DNA from: Candidatus Eiseniibacteriota bacterium | Lineage (GTDB): Bacteria; Eisenbacteria; RBG-16-71-46; SZUA-252 | Direction: 5' to 3' | Length of the DNA: 64,000 bases | Assembly: GCA_963703225.1 (NCBI GenBank) | Contig: OY969801.1 | Location: forward strand, 672,001-736,000 | Part shown: piece by piece, positions 1 to 9,040 of the stretch | How the letters are laid out: each line of letters opens with the position of its first letter | Position numbering within the stretch: position 1 is the stretch's first letter | Program-made: the position numbers and the translations under genes | Notes under the pieces: model-generated | Seen by the model: only the letters and a program-made list of their open reading frames with translations | What the model was told of the DNA's origin: nothing | Database searches by the model: none

Positions 1-6
1 CGGGGT

Positions 7-1847
7 CTACCGCAGCAGCGTCATCTTGATGCGGTCTTGCGTGCCGGACGCGTTGGAAGCCTGCGCGTAGTAAATCCCCGACGGGACGTCGTGCGAGCGC
101 CCGTCCTTCCCGTCCCACGCGACCGCGTGGGAGCCCTGTGGGTACCACTGCTTGGCGAGGACTCGAACCATCTGTCCCCGCACGTTGAAAATCCGGACGG
201 TCACCACACCTTCGCTCCCGGTCGTGAAGCGGATCGTGGTCTCGGGATTGAAGGGGTTGGGGGCGTTTTGCTGGAGGGCCACCGCCTGTGTCGCAATGGC
301 CTCCTCGGGGATCACCTTGATGTAGGCGATGCCCCGGAACGTCCGGCCGACACCGTTCGAATACGCTTCCACCGGGACCGGGACGTGGTCGCCGTAGATG
401 CCCCGCGCGCGGATGAGGTCCTCGAACTCGGCGCGATCCCACGAAACGTCGATCAGGCGGGTGCCCGCCTGGACGCGGTCGGTGAAAACGGGGATGACGC
501 CCCCCGATTCCTCGGTGGTGAGGGGCAGAAGCCCTTCCATCGTCGGGCTCGGAACCAGGGTGGCGCGCATTCTCACGCCTTCGCGCGGTCCGTCCGTGGA
601 GGAGCACTGATAGCCCGCGGCGTTCGTCTCGGGCGGGAAGCTCAAGGTCGTGGTGACCGTCTCTTCCGGGCCGCCGAGCCGGAACGGATCGGGCTTGAGC
701 TTCACCCCCATCTTGAGGGGCAGGAGACAATTGAAGATCATCTCGGCCCGCCATGTGTTGGGGCCCTGATATGCCGGGGCGCCGGCCATGGAGGTGAAGA
801 GGAAGTAATTGAATTCAATTCCGTCCGGGGTCCGTTGCATGTGGCGCGATACGTCCGGCTCGGAGTCATCCATTCGGTCAATCGAGATCGCGCACTTGGC
901 CCCGGACCCCAAGATCGAGCTTCCAAATGTCTGGAAGCTGGAGGGAGTTCTCGTTCTTGGGGGCATGGTAGTAGATCGACCGGCCGTCGCTCGACCAAGA
1001 CGGACTGGCATGGTAGACGCCGGCGCGGGCTGAGCTCGGCCAACGCCCAGCGATGGGGCGAGGGGGTGCTGATATCGACGATGGCAATGACGTCGGGGCC
1101 GAGGTAGTTCGTCTGATACGCGATTCGATTCCCGTCGGGGCCCCAGGCGGGAAATTGCTCCGCTTGCGCGTCGTCGAACGTCCGTCGGACGGGGTCTCCG
1201 ACCGCTGGGAATACGGACACGGTATAGATGTCGAAGGAGAAGCCGGAGCGCGTCGAATCAAACGTCAGCGAATTCCCGTCGGGGCTCCAATCGGGGTGGC
1301 GCTCCGAGCCCGCTCTGCTGGGGACCACGAGGATGGGGTCGCCCACGGGCGTCACCGCCTCGAAAATGTCGTCCGAGATCTCGAATTCCTGAACGTAGAT
1401 CGCGAAGGAGGTTCCGATGCCGTCGGTCTGGACGTACGCGAGAAATCGCCCGTCGGGGCTCCACGCCGGGTCGAGATACGAGATGTGCGCGGTGGGATCG
1501 CGCAGGAGCGGCTGCCGGGCCTCCTCGAAGTCGCCGAGCACGCTGCCCGCGCGGGAAATGTTCCGATGGAGCCAGATTTCGCGCGCCCCCTCGCGGCCGA
1601 CGACCGCGCTTCTCGTCGAAAACGAGAAATAGAGCTCGATGCCGTCTTCCTCCGGGACCGGGCGGAATGCGGGCTGCTGATATCGGTTCCAGACGTTGCT
1701 GTCGACGGTGATTGGATCGAACGCGCCGCGAAATCCGGCGCGGGCGCTCGCGTCTGGGAGCGCGATGGCGGTGAGAACGGCAAGGACAGCGAACGCGGGC
1801 GCGGTTCTGATGGCGACTCCCCCCGAGCGAAGGGCGCATGATACCAC
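7..1847 (-). CDS. Secreted TolB-like (PD40/WD40-like beta-propeller) protein with C-terminal FlgD-type Ig/sorting domain; split by two apparent frameshifts (~1030, ~900)
   Basis: ORF 738-1847 has a signal-like N-terminus and repeats DPAWSPDG, HPDWSPDG, FPAWGPDG. The next repeat SPSWSSDG is in ORF 878-1261. ORF 7-1011 ends in LQQNAPNPFNPETTIRF...IFNVRGQMVR...WDGKD...SGIYY, a typical FlgD/CTD-like tail. Confidence 0.75.
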
Positions 1848-1966
1848 ACGCCCGGCCAGAATTCAACCGATTGCGCGTGGGATTGCAGACTCAAATGGAG
1901 TATAGTGATAAGCTGAGATGGTATTCGCTTTCGCGGGATTACACACCCTTCTGAGGTCGAAGCACA

Positions 1967-4900
1967 ATGGCCGCGGACCCCGCCCAGATCTCCCATTATA
2001 AGATCGAGTCCACGCTCGGCCAGGGCGGGATGGGCGTGGTCTATCTGGCCGAGGACCAGATTCTTCGCCGCCGGGTCGCTCTCAAATTCCTCAACCCGGA
2101 GCTCTCCCGCGACGCCGAGGCGCGAAAGCGCTTCCTCAACGAAGGCCGCGCCGCCGCGACCCTGGGACATCCCAACGCCGCCACGCTCTACGAGGTTGGC
2201 ACCGACGGGGACGACCTCTTCCTGGCGATGGAATACGTCCCCGGGGTCACGCTCTCGGAGCTCCTCGCGAACGGGCCTTTGCCGTGGGTCGAAGTGCTCG
2301 ACGCCGCCCTGGAAATTCTCGCAGCCCTTCGCGAGGCCCACGAGAAGGGGATCATCCATCGCGACATCAAGAGCCAGAACGTACGCCGCACTCCCGACGG
2401 CCGGATCAAGGTGCTCGACTTTGGGCTCGCGAAGATCCTGGGCGGGAGCACGATCACCCGCGAAGGCACGATCGTCGGCACCGTCTCCTACATGTCGCCG
2501 CAACAGGTGGTTGGCGAGGAGGTCGACGGCAAGAGCGACCTCTACTCCTTGGGCGTCGTCATGTACGAATTGCTGTCGGGGCGGCTCCCGTTCACCGGTG
2601 ACCAGCATGTCGCCGTGGCCCACGCCATCCTCCACGAGGATCCCATCACCATCCGGGAGCTGGCGCCGGAAGTTCCCGCCGAGCTGGAGCACATCGTCTT
2701 CAAGGCGATGATGAAGAGCCCGGCCTCGCGCTACCAAAGCGCCGAAGAGATGGCCGAGGATCTCATGCGGTTTCGCGAGCACGACCGTCGGCGCCGCGCG
2801 GGGATCCACGAAGAGATCGACCTGATCGCCACGCAGGATGTCTACACCGTCCGCCGGGAGCGCTTCTTGGCCCCGCTCGTCGGCCGAGACCCGATGATCG
2901 ACCGGATTCGGGGTCGTCTGCGCGAGGCCCGCTCGGGAGAGGGGATGGCGCTCTGCATCGCGGGAGAGGCCGGCGTCGGGAAGACGCGCCTGCTCCAAGA
3001 GGTGCACCAATCCTGTCGCAAGGAGGGGGCGCGGGTCATCCTCTCGGCGTGCCTCTTCGGGGGGAGCACCAGCTCCTACTACCCGTTCGCCGAGGCATTC
3101 CGTCATTACTTTTCGCTGCGCGGCGTTTCGACCGCGGCCGCCCTGCAGACATTTCTCTTCGACCGCGCCCCGCGACTGGGCGGATCGCTCCCCGTGCTGA
3201 ACCGGTTCCTCCGGTTCACCTTCGCCTCCAACGGACCCACCAGCGAAGAAGAGCTTTGGGAAGTGCTCGACCAGCTGGTCGCGTTCATCGCGGACGAGCG
3301 GCCGCTGGTCCTGGTGATCGAGGATCTGCAATGGGCCGACGAGGCATCGCTCCGACTCTTCCACTACCTCGCCCGCCGGGTCACCCGGCGCCGGCTTCTC
3401 CTCATCGGGACGTACCGCCAAGAGGAGGTCACGGGCGAGGCCGGGGGGAGGCCGCACCCGCTTCCGGGTCTCCTCCAGCTTCTGAGCCGGGAGGAGCGCT
3501 TTGAACGGATGGAACTCCCGCGGCTCAGGCGGGAGGACGTGAAGGAGATCCTCTCCCGACTCTATCCCGCGCACACCTGGGGGGACGATTTCCCGGCGCT
3601 CCTCTTTCGCGAGTCCGAGGGAAATCCCTTCTTCATGGTCGAGATCTTGAAGTTGCTGACCAGCGAGCGGGTCTTGGAAAACCGCGACGGAAAATGGTCC
3701 CTCCTCACGACGGTGGACAGGATCTCGATCCCAGAGAAGGTCTTCGACGTGGTGATGCGGAGACTGGGCCGTCTCGGGCCGCGCGAGCGGGAGATCTTGG
3801 AGTTGGGGGCGGTCGAGGGGGACGTGTTCCACTCGGGCACCATCCTGCGCGGACTCCGAATCGAGCGGATGGCACTCCTAAAGACACTCCAGTTCCTGGA
3901 GCAGGTCCACCATCTGATTCACGCCGCGGGACCCCACTACCACTTCGACCATTCCAAAATCCGCGAAATCCTCTACGAAAGCATCCCTCCGGAGCTGCGG
4001 ATCGAGTACCACACCGTCGTGGGTCAGTTCCTCCGTGAGAGCTTCGGTGAGGCGGAGGAGTTCGCGGGCATCATCGCGCACAATCTCCTCGCGGCGGGGC
4101 TACGGGAGGACGCGATCCCCTACCTCTCGCGCGCCGCCGGCGCGGCTTCCCGGCTTTTCGCTCACAGCGACGCGATCCACTACCTGGAGCAGGCGGAGCA
4201 GATGCTCCACGCGCTCTATCCGCAGCGGCCTCCCGTCGAGCAGGTCCGGAGGCTCGCCGAGATCCGCGAGCGCCGCGGCGACGAGGAGTACGCGAGCGGG
4301 CACTACCGCGAGGCCCTCGCGAGCTACGAGATGGCGCTTCAGCTCGACCGCGCGACGGGTCAGGCCCGACGCGAAGCCGAGCTGACGCGCGCGGTGGGCC
4401 GCGTCCAGTACCTGCTCGGCCGATCGGTGGAGTCCCGGGAGTCCTATGACAAGGCGATCACCCACTACACCCAGGTCGAGGCGGACGAGCGCGCCCGGGG
4501 TGACTCCGAGGCTCTCGCGACCGCCTGCAGGGAATTGGGGAAACTCCACTTCTTCCGCGGCGATCTCGAGCGGTCCAAGCAGTACATCGATGACGCGATC
4601 CAGATCGCCGGGCGCGTGGGAGCGGCCCGCATCAAGGCGGCGTCGCTCAACAACCTCGCCGGTATCCACTACGAGCGGGGCGACCTCGAGGAGGCGCTCG
4701 CCTGTCACCGCGCCGCGCTGACCATCCGTCAGGAGGCGCGCGAACCCGAGGAACTCGCCCAGACCTACAAGAATCTGGGCATCACACACTGGAGGCTGGG
4801 GGAGCTGACCGAAGCGTCCTCCTACCTCGAGGAGGCCCTGGGGCTCTTCCGGAAGACCGGCGACCGCCGGGGCGAGGCGGTGACGCTCCGCCAGCTGGGC

Positions 4901-5902
4901 AACGTCCACCACGGCCGGGGCGACCACAACGGGGCGCAACGCCACTGGGAGGCATCGCTCTCCCTCTGCCGCGAGCTGGGGAACAACGAGGATCTCTGCC
5001 GGTGTCTCAACAATCTGGGCTCTCTCCACTTCGAACGCGGGCATTACGCGAGCGCGCACCGCCACTATCAGGACGCGCTGGAGGTCTCGGCGTCGATCGG
5101 CTCGAAGCAGCACCTCACGGTGCTCCACATCAATCTGGCCGAGCTTCATTTGAGCCTCGACCAGTTGAATCGCGCGGAGGATGACCTGGCTCGGGCCCGC
5201 GAGCTGGCGGAGAGCCTGGAGGCTACGGCGAACATCTCCTTGATCCACGCCATCCGCGCGGAGCTCCTGGCCGAGCGGGGCGACGTCGCCGCGGCCCGTA
5301 TCGAGGCCGACCGAGCGTTGAGCCTCGCCGAGCCGACCGGGCACGCCGAGAATCTCGTGCGGGCGCTCCTGGCCGGCGCGCTGGTCTCGTATGCGTCGGG
5401 GGAGTTCGGTCCCGCGAGGCAGCTCGCGAGACAGGCCCGGGACGTTGCGCGCTGGTCGCGGATGCTCTTCTATGAGCTGCTCGCGGGGTTCAGCACCGCC
5501 CGCGCGACCTGGCGGGAAGGAGATCTGGAGGGCGCGGCCCGCGAGCTCCGCGATATTTTGCCCCGCGCGGAAGACGGTGGATTCCGGCCGCTGGCCGCGC
5601 GAATCCATGGGCTGCTCGGCGAGATCCTCTGGGGCGCGGGCGATCTGGGCGGGGCCGCGGGCGAGTTCGCGCATGCCGCCGATCAAATGAAGGAGATCAT
5701 CGCCACCTTGAACGAGGAGGACCGCCGCTCCTTTGTCCACCATCCGGAGTGGAAGGCCGCGATCGGGAACCTCCTCGATACGCTGATGCGGCTGGGGCGG
5801 AGGGAGGAGGCGCTCGCCTATCTCATCCCCCTCGGCGTGGGAACGTGCGACGTGGACTCGGGACGAACGCGTGCGGTCGTCCCGACGGAGGCGGCGCTTT
5901 GA
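1967..5902 (+). CDS. Hanks-type Ser/Thr protein kinase fused to a STAND-class AAA ATPase and TPR repeats (1311 aa)
   Basis: Kinase motifs LGQGGMGVVY, VALK, HRDIKSQN, DFG, GTVSYMSP. Walker A GEAGVGKT and Walker B LVIEDLQWAD. Many TPR-like repeats (LNNLAGIHYERGDLEEAL, LNNLGSLHFERGHY). Confidence 0.93.
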   Translation: MAADPAQISHYKIESTLGQGGMGVVYLAEDQILRRRVALKFLNPELSRDAEARKRFLNEGRAAATLGHPNAATLYEVGTDGDDLFLAMEYVPGVTLSELLANGPLPWVEVLDAALEILAALREAHEKGIIHRDIKSQNVRRTPDGRIKVLDFGLAKILGGSTITREGTIVGTVSYMSPQQVVGEEVDGKSDLYSLGVVMYELLSGRLPFTGDQHVAVAHAILHEDPITIRELAPEVPAELEHIVFKAMMKSPASRYQSAEEMAEDLMRFREHDRRRRAGIHEEIDLIATQDVYTVRRERFLAPLVGRDPMIDRIRGRLREARSGEGMALCIAGEAGVGKTRLLQEVHQSCRKEGARVILSACLFGGSTSSYYPFAEAFRHYFSLRGVSTAAALQTFLFDRAPRLGGSLPVLNRFLRFTFASNGPTSEEELWEVLDQLVAFIADERPLVLVIEDLQWADEASLRLFHYLARRVTRRRLLLIGTYRQEEVTGEAGGRPHPLPGLLQLLSREERFERMELPRLRREDVKEILSRLYPAHTWGDDFPALLFRESEGNPFFMVEILKLLTSERVLENRDGKWSLLTTVDRISIPEKVFDVVMRRLGRLGPREREILELGAVEGDVFHSGTILRGLRIERMALLKTLQFLEQVHHLIHAAGPHYHFDHSKIREILYESIPPELRIEYHTVVGQFLRESFGEAEEFAGIIAHNLLAAGLREDAIPYLSRAAGAASRLFAHSDAIHYLEQAEQMLHALYPQRPPVEQVRRLAEIRERRGDEEYASGHYREALASYEMALQLDRATGQARREAELTRAVGRVQYLLGRSVESRESYDKAITHYTQVEADERARGDSEALATACRELGKLHFFRGDLERSKQYIDDAIQIAGRVGAARIKAASLNNLAGIHYERGDLEEALACHRAALTIRQEAREPEELAQTYKNLGITHWRLGELTEASSYLEEALGLFRKTGDRRGEAVTLRQLGNVHHGRGDHNGAQRHWEASLSLCRELGNNEDLCRCLNNLGSLHFERGHYASAHRHYQDALEVSASIGSKQHLTVLHINLAELHLSLDQLNRAEDDLARARELAESLEATANISLIHAIRAELLAERGDVAAARIEADRALSLAEPTGHAENLVRALLAGALVSYASGEFGPARQLARQARDVARWSRMLFYELLAGFSTARATWREGDLEGAARELRDILPRAEDGGFRPLAARIHGLLGEILWGAGDLGGAAGEFAHAADQMKEIIATLNEEDRRSFVHHPEWKAAIGNLLDTLMRLGRREEALAYLIPLGVGTCDVDSGRTRAVVPTEAAL

Positions 5903-6987
5903 GCGCGCGCGGAGCCGCGTCGCGCTGCCGGGGACTGGTCCGTCTCGGGATGTCGCTGCCCCTCGCGGTCTCCATCGCGGTCTTCGGCTGCTCGGGCCGT
6001 CCGCCCGATCCGGCCTCTCAGACCGACGCCGCCACGCTTCGAAGCTCCTCCCCGCGCGTCAAGGTCGCGCCCGCACGCCCCACATCGGACGCCGCGGCTT
6101 CCTTCGCCACCTACCTCGAGGCGGAGCGGGAGGCTGAGCTGGTCGCGGAGACCGACGGTGAAGTGTTCTCGCTCCGGGTGCGAGAGGGCACGCACGTCTC
6201 GGCGGGGGATACGCTTCTCATTATCGACGACCGGGACGAGCGGCTGGCGCTCCAGCGGGACGAGGCCGAACAAGCGTGGGCCGCCTCGCAGCTCTCGCGG
6301 GCGGAGGCCCTGGTGGCGCAAGCTCACGTGAGCGCGACCGAGGTCGATCAGGCCCGGCTCCAGGTGGGGCGTGCTGAGGCCGCCGTCGGGCTCTCCCGGG
6401 TCGCGCTTTCGCGCTGCGCCGTCCGCGCCCCGATCGACGGGCTCGTCTGGATGATCCGGGTGGAGCCGCTCCATCGCGTGGTGGTGGGGCAGGCGCTCCT
6501 CCGCGTCACCGATCCCGACCGTCTGCGGGCGTCGGCCTACCTTCCGGCCGAGTTCCGCGGAACGGTGGGCGTCGGTACTCCCGTGCGGATCGAGCCGGCC
6601 CGCGGCGGCGCTCCCATTCACGCCGTCGTGAGCCGTGTCGATCCGTTGACCGATCCGGCGAGCGGGACCTTCAAGGTGGTGGCGACGTTTCGGCGCGGAT
6701 CGACCCGGTTCGAGGCCGGCACCGAGGCGCGCTTCGTTCTGCCCGCGCGCCAAGGCGACGGGGGCTACCTGGTCCCCAACGCGACCATCGTCCAGGCGGT
6801 GGGGGAGTCCACCTGGGTCTGGCGCTGCGACGCGGACCACGTCTACCGGTGCGCGGTGAGGCTCGGCGCGATCCGCCAGGACGGCATCCTCATCGAATCG
6901 GGGCTGCCCAACGGGTGCAACGTCGTCGTCGGCACCGATCGGGCGCTCCGCGACGGCTCCGTCGTGGAGGTCGTTGATTCCCGGTGA
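5899..6987 (+). CDS. Lipoprotein periplasmic adaptor / membrane fusion protein (HlyD/RND MFP family)
   Basis: TTG start overlaps the kinase stop (TTGA) with GGAGG upstream. Lipobox VFGC. Lipoyl-like half motifs (GEVFSLRVREGTHVSAGDTLL; VRAPIDG), a helical hairpin and VDPLTDPASGTFKV. Confidence 0.88.
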   Translation: MSARGAASRCRGLVRLGMSLPLAVSIAVFGCSGRPPDPASQTDAATLRSSSPRVKVAPARPTSDAAASFATYLEAEREAELVAETDGEVFSLRVREGTHVSAGDTLLIIDDRDERLALQRDEAEQAWAASQLSRAEALVAQAHVSATEVDQARLQVGRAEAAVGLSRVALSRCAVRAPIDGLVWMIRVEPLHRVVVGQALLRVTDPDRLRASAYLPAEFRGTVGVGTPVRIEPARGGAPIHAVVSRVDPLTDPASGTFKVVATFRRGSTRFEAGTEARFVLPARQGDGGYLVPNATIVQAVGESTWVWRCDADHVYRCAVRLGAIRQDGILIESGLPNGCNVVVGTDRALRDGSVVEVVDSR

Positions 6988-9038
6988 ATCAAAATCCCAA
7001 GCTCCGTGAAGGGCTGGTCATCCGTAAGGTGGCCGAAGGCGACGACGTGGCCTATACGGTCTGCGACTCGGCGCGGGACAAGTACTACCGCATTGACCCC
7101 TATACGCATCTCGTGGCGACCCATCTCGACGGCAAGCGACCGCTGTCCGAGGTGTCCCGCCTCTGCCAGGAGGCGATGCCCCACAACGACCTGTCGCTTC
7201 CGGTGGTGGAGGAAGCCGTCCAGGACCTGGACGCGATCGGTCTCCTCGAGGATCCCTACTCCAAAAACCTCCTCCTGATCGAGCGGGCGCGAGCGCAGCG
7301 CCCCCGCATCGCCGAGTTCTTCCGGAACATGCTTCTGTGGCAGATCGGCGTCTATGACCCGAACGCGCTCCTCGACCGCACGGTCCACCGCGTGCGATGG
7401 CTCTTTCACCCCGGGCTCGCCGCGGCGGTGGCCCTCGGGCTCCTCTGGTGCCTCTGGCTTGTCTTCGTGAACCGAGATCGTGTGACCTTCAGCCCCAACG
7501 CTCTCCTCGGGGTTTCGGAGGGATCGAACGCGTTTCAAGGCATTCTCTTTCTGATTCTGATCCTCACGGTTGTCGGCGCCGTTCACGAATTTGGGCACGC
7601 CTATGCCTGCAAGCACTTCGGGGGCGAGGTGCATCGCATGGGAGTGATGCTGATGTACTTCGCGCCCTGCTTCTTTGTCGACGTCTCTCACTCGATGCTG
7701 TTCGAGAACCGCTGGCGTCGAATCTGGGTCGCCATGGCCGGGATCTACTTCGAATCCTACATCACGATCGTGGCCGCGTTTTTCTGGTGGATCACGCCGC
7801 CCGAGCTGGCCATCAACGACCTGTCGTACCGCGTGATGATGATGGGTTTGCTCATGGGCGTCGTGATGAACCTGAACCCGCTCCTCAAGCTCGATGGCTA
7901 CTTCGTCCTGAGCGACATACTCCAGATCGCCGACCTCCGCGAGAAATCGCTCCGCTATGTCCGCGACCTGGTCCAACGGCCGTTCCGACGCTCGGTGGAG
8001 GCCGCCGAGCGGGTCCTGGGCAAGCGCCGCCGGCGCGCGTACCTCATCTACGGCATGCTGACGCTGGCCTATTCCTATACGGTGATCGTCTGCTTCTTCG
8101 AATGGCTGAGGGTGACGCTCGTCGGCGCCTGGTCGGAGTTCGGATTTCTCATGTTCGCCGGCATGCTCGGGCTCTTCGTCCGAAAGCCGGTCGGGCGCGC
8201 CCTCGGCCAGGCGGCCAGGAGTGTCCGGAAGCCCACGCGCGCCATGCTTCCGTGGGCCGCCGCGGCCATCGCGCTGATCATCGCGGGCCAGCTCATTCGG
8301 ACGCCCGGCACCATCGACACCCACGCCCGGTACGTCAGCGCGGAGCGCGAGGCGATTCGGGCTGAGGAGCCGGGGCGGGTCGCGGCGGTTCTCGTCCGGC
8401 AAGGGGAGCGGATCCTCCCGGGGCGGGTGGTCGCGATTCTCGAGAACGACAGCCTGCTCGCCGCGTGGCAGGGGGCTCAGTCCCGGTCGGCCCGGAGCTC
8501 GATCGATCTCGCGCGCGCGATTCAGGTCTCCGACCCCGTGCTCTACCGGACCGCCGCGCTGGAGCGCGGCAGCTCGCTCGCGGGGGAGGCCGCGCTCCAG
8601 ACGACCCGCGCGCGGCTCGCGCTGGCGGCGCGCGACGGGGGCGTCGTGGTGACGCCGCGAACCGCCGACCTCGTCGGCGCCCGCCTCGAGGCGGGCGACA
8701 CCCTCCTCGTCGTGGCGCGCGACGGTCGCGCCGAGGTGGAGTGCGACCTGAAGGAGCGCGACCTGGGCGACATCGAGCCGGGGCAGCGCTTCACGCTCCG
8801 CCTGCGCGGGAATCCTGGTCGGCCCCTCGCCGGGAAAGTGGAGAGGGTGTTCGCGCTGCCGCCGGAGGCCCCCTCGGTCAAAACCCGGTTCAAGGTTTGG
8901 GGCAGCCTGGACCACGCCCCCCCGAACGTCCGGCTCGGGGAGAGCGGGACGGCCCGCATCGTGGTCGGCAACTGGAACCTCTACGAACGCGTCGGACGGG
9001 CGTGGTCCCGTTTCGTCCGCGCCGATTTCTGGATCTGA
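6984..9038 (+). CDS. Fusion of a PqqD/RRE-like N-terminal domain, an M50 (site-2) zinc metallopeptidase and a HlyD-like MFP (YydH-like putative peptide metalloprotease)
   Basis: HEFGH (HExxH) in a hydrophobic segment and NLNPLLKLDG (M50 NxxPxxxxDG). The N-terminal ~90 aa have the strand-then-helix pattern of RREs (YYRIDP...LDGKRPLSEV...VQDLDAIGLLE). C-terminal MFP motifs (GRVAAVLVRQGERI). GTGA overlap with the upstream gene. Confidence 0.85.
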   Translation: MNQNPKLREGLVIRKVAEGDDVAYTVCDSARDKYYRIDPYTHLVATHLDGKRPLSEVSRLCQEAMPHNDLSLPVVEEAVQDLDAIGLLEDPYSKNLLLIERARAQRPRIAEFFRNMLLWQIGVYDPNALLDRTVHRVRWLFHPGLAAAVALGLLWCLWLVFVNRDRVTFSPNALLGVSEGSNAFQGILFLILILTVVGAVHEFGHAYACKHFGGEVHRMGVMLMYFAPCFFVDVSHSMLFENRWRRIWVAMAGIYFESYITIVAAFFWWITPPELAINDLSYRVMMMGLLMGVVMNLNPLLKLDGYFVLSDILQIADLREKSLRYVRDLVQRPFRRSVEAAERVLGKRRRRAYLIYGMLTLAYSYTVIVCFFEWLRVTLVGAWSEFGFLMFAGMLGLFVRKPVGRALGQAARSVRKPTRAMLPWAAAAIALIIAGQLIRTPGTIDTHARYVSAEREAIRAEEPGRVAAVLVRQGERILPGRVVAILENDSLLAAWQGAQSRSARSSIDLARAIQVSDPVLYRTAALERGSSLAGEAALQTTRARLALAARDGGVVVTPRTADLVGARLEAGDTLLVVARDGRAEVECDLKERDLGDIEPGQRFTLRLRGNPGRPLAGKVERVFALPPEAPSVKTRFKVWGSLDHAPPNVRLGESGTARIVVGNWNLYERVGRAWSRFVRADFWI

Positions 9039-9040
9039 CC

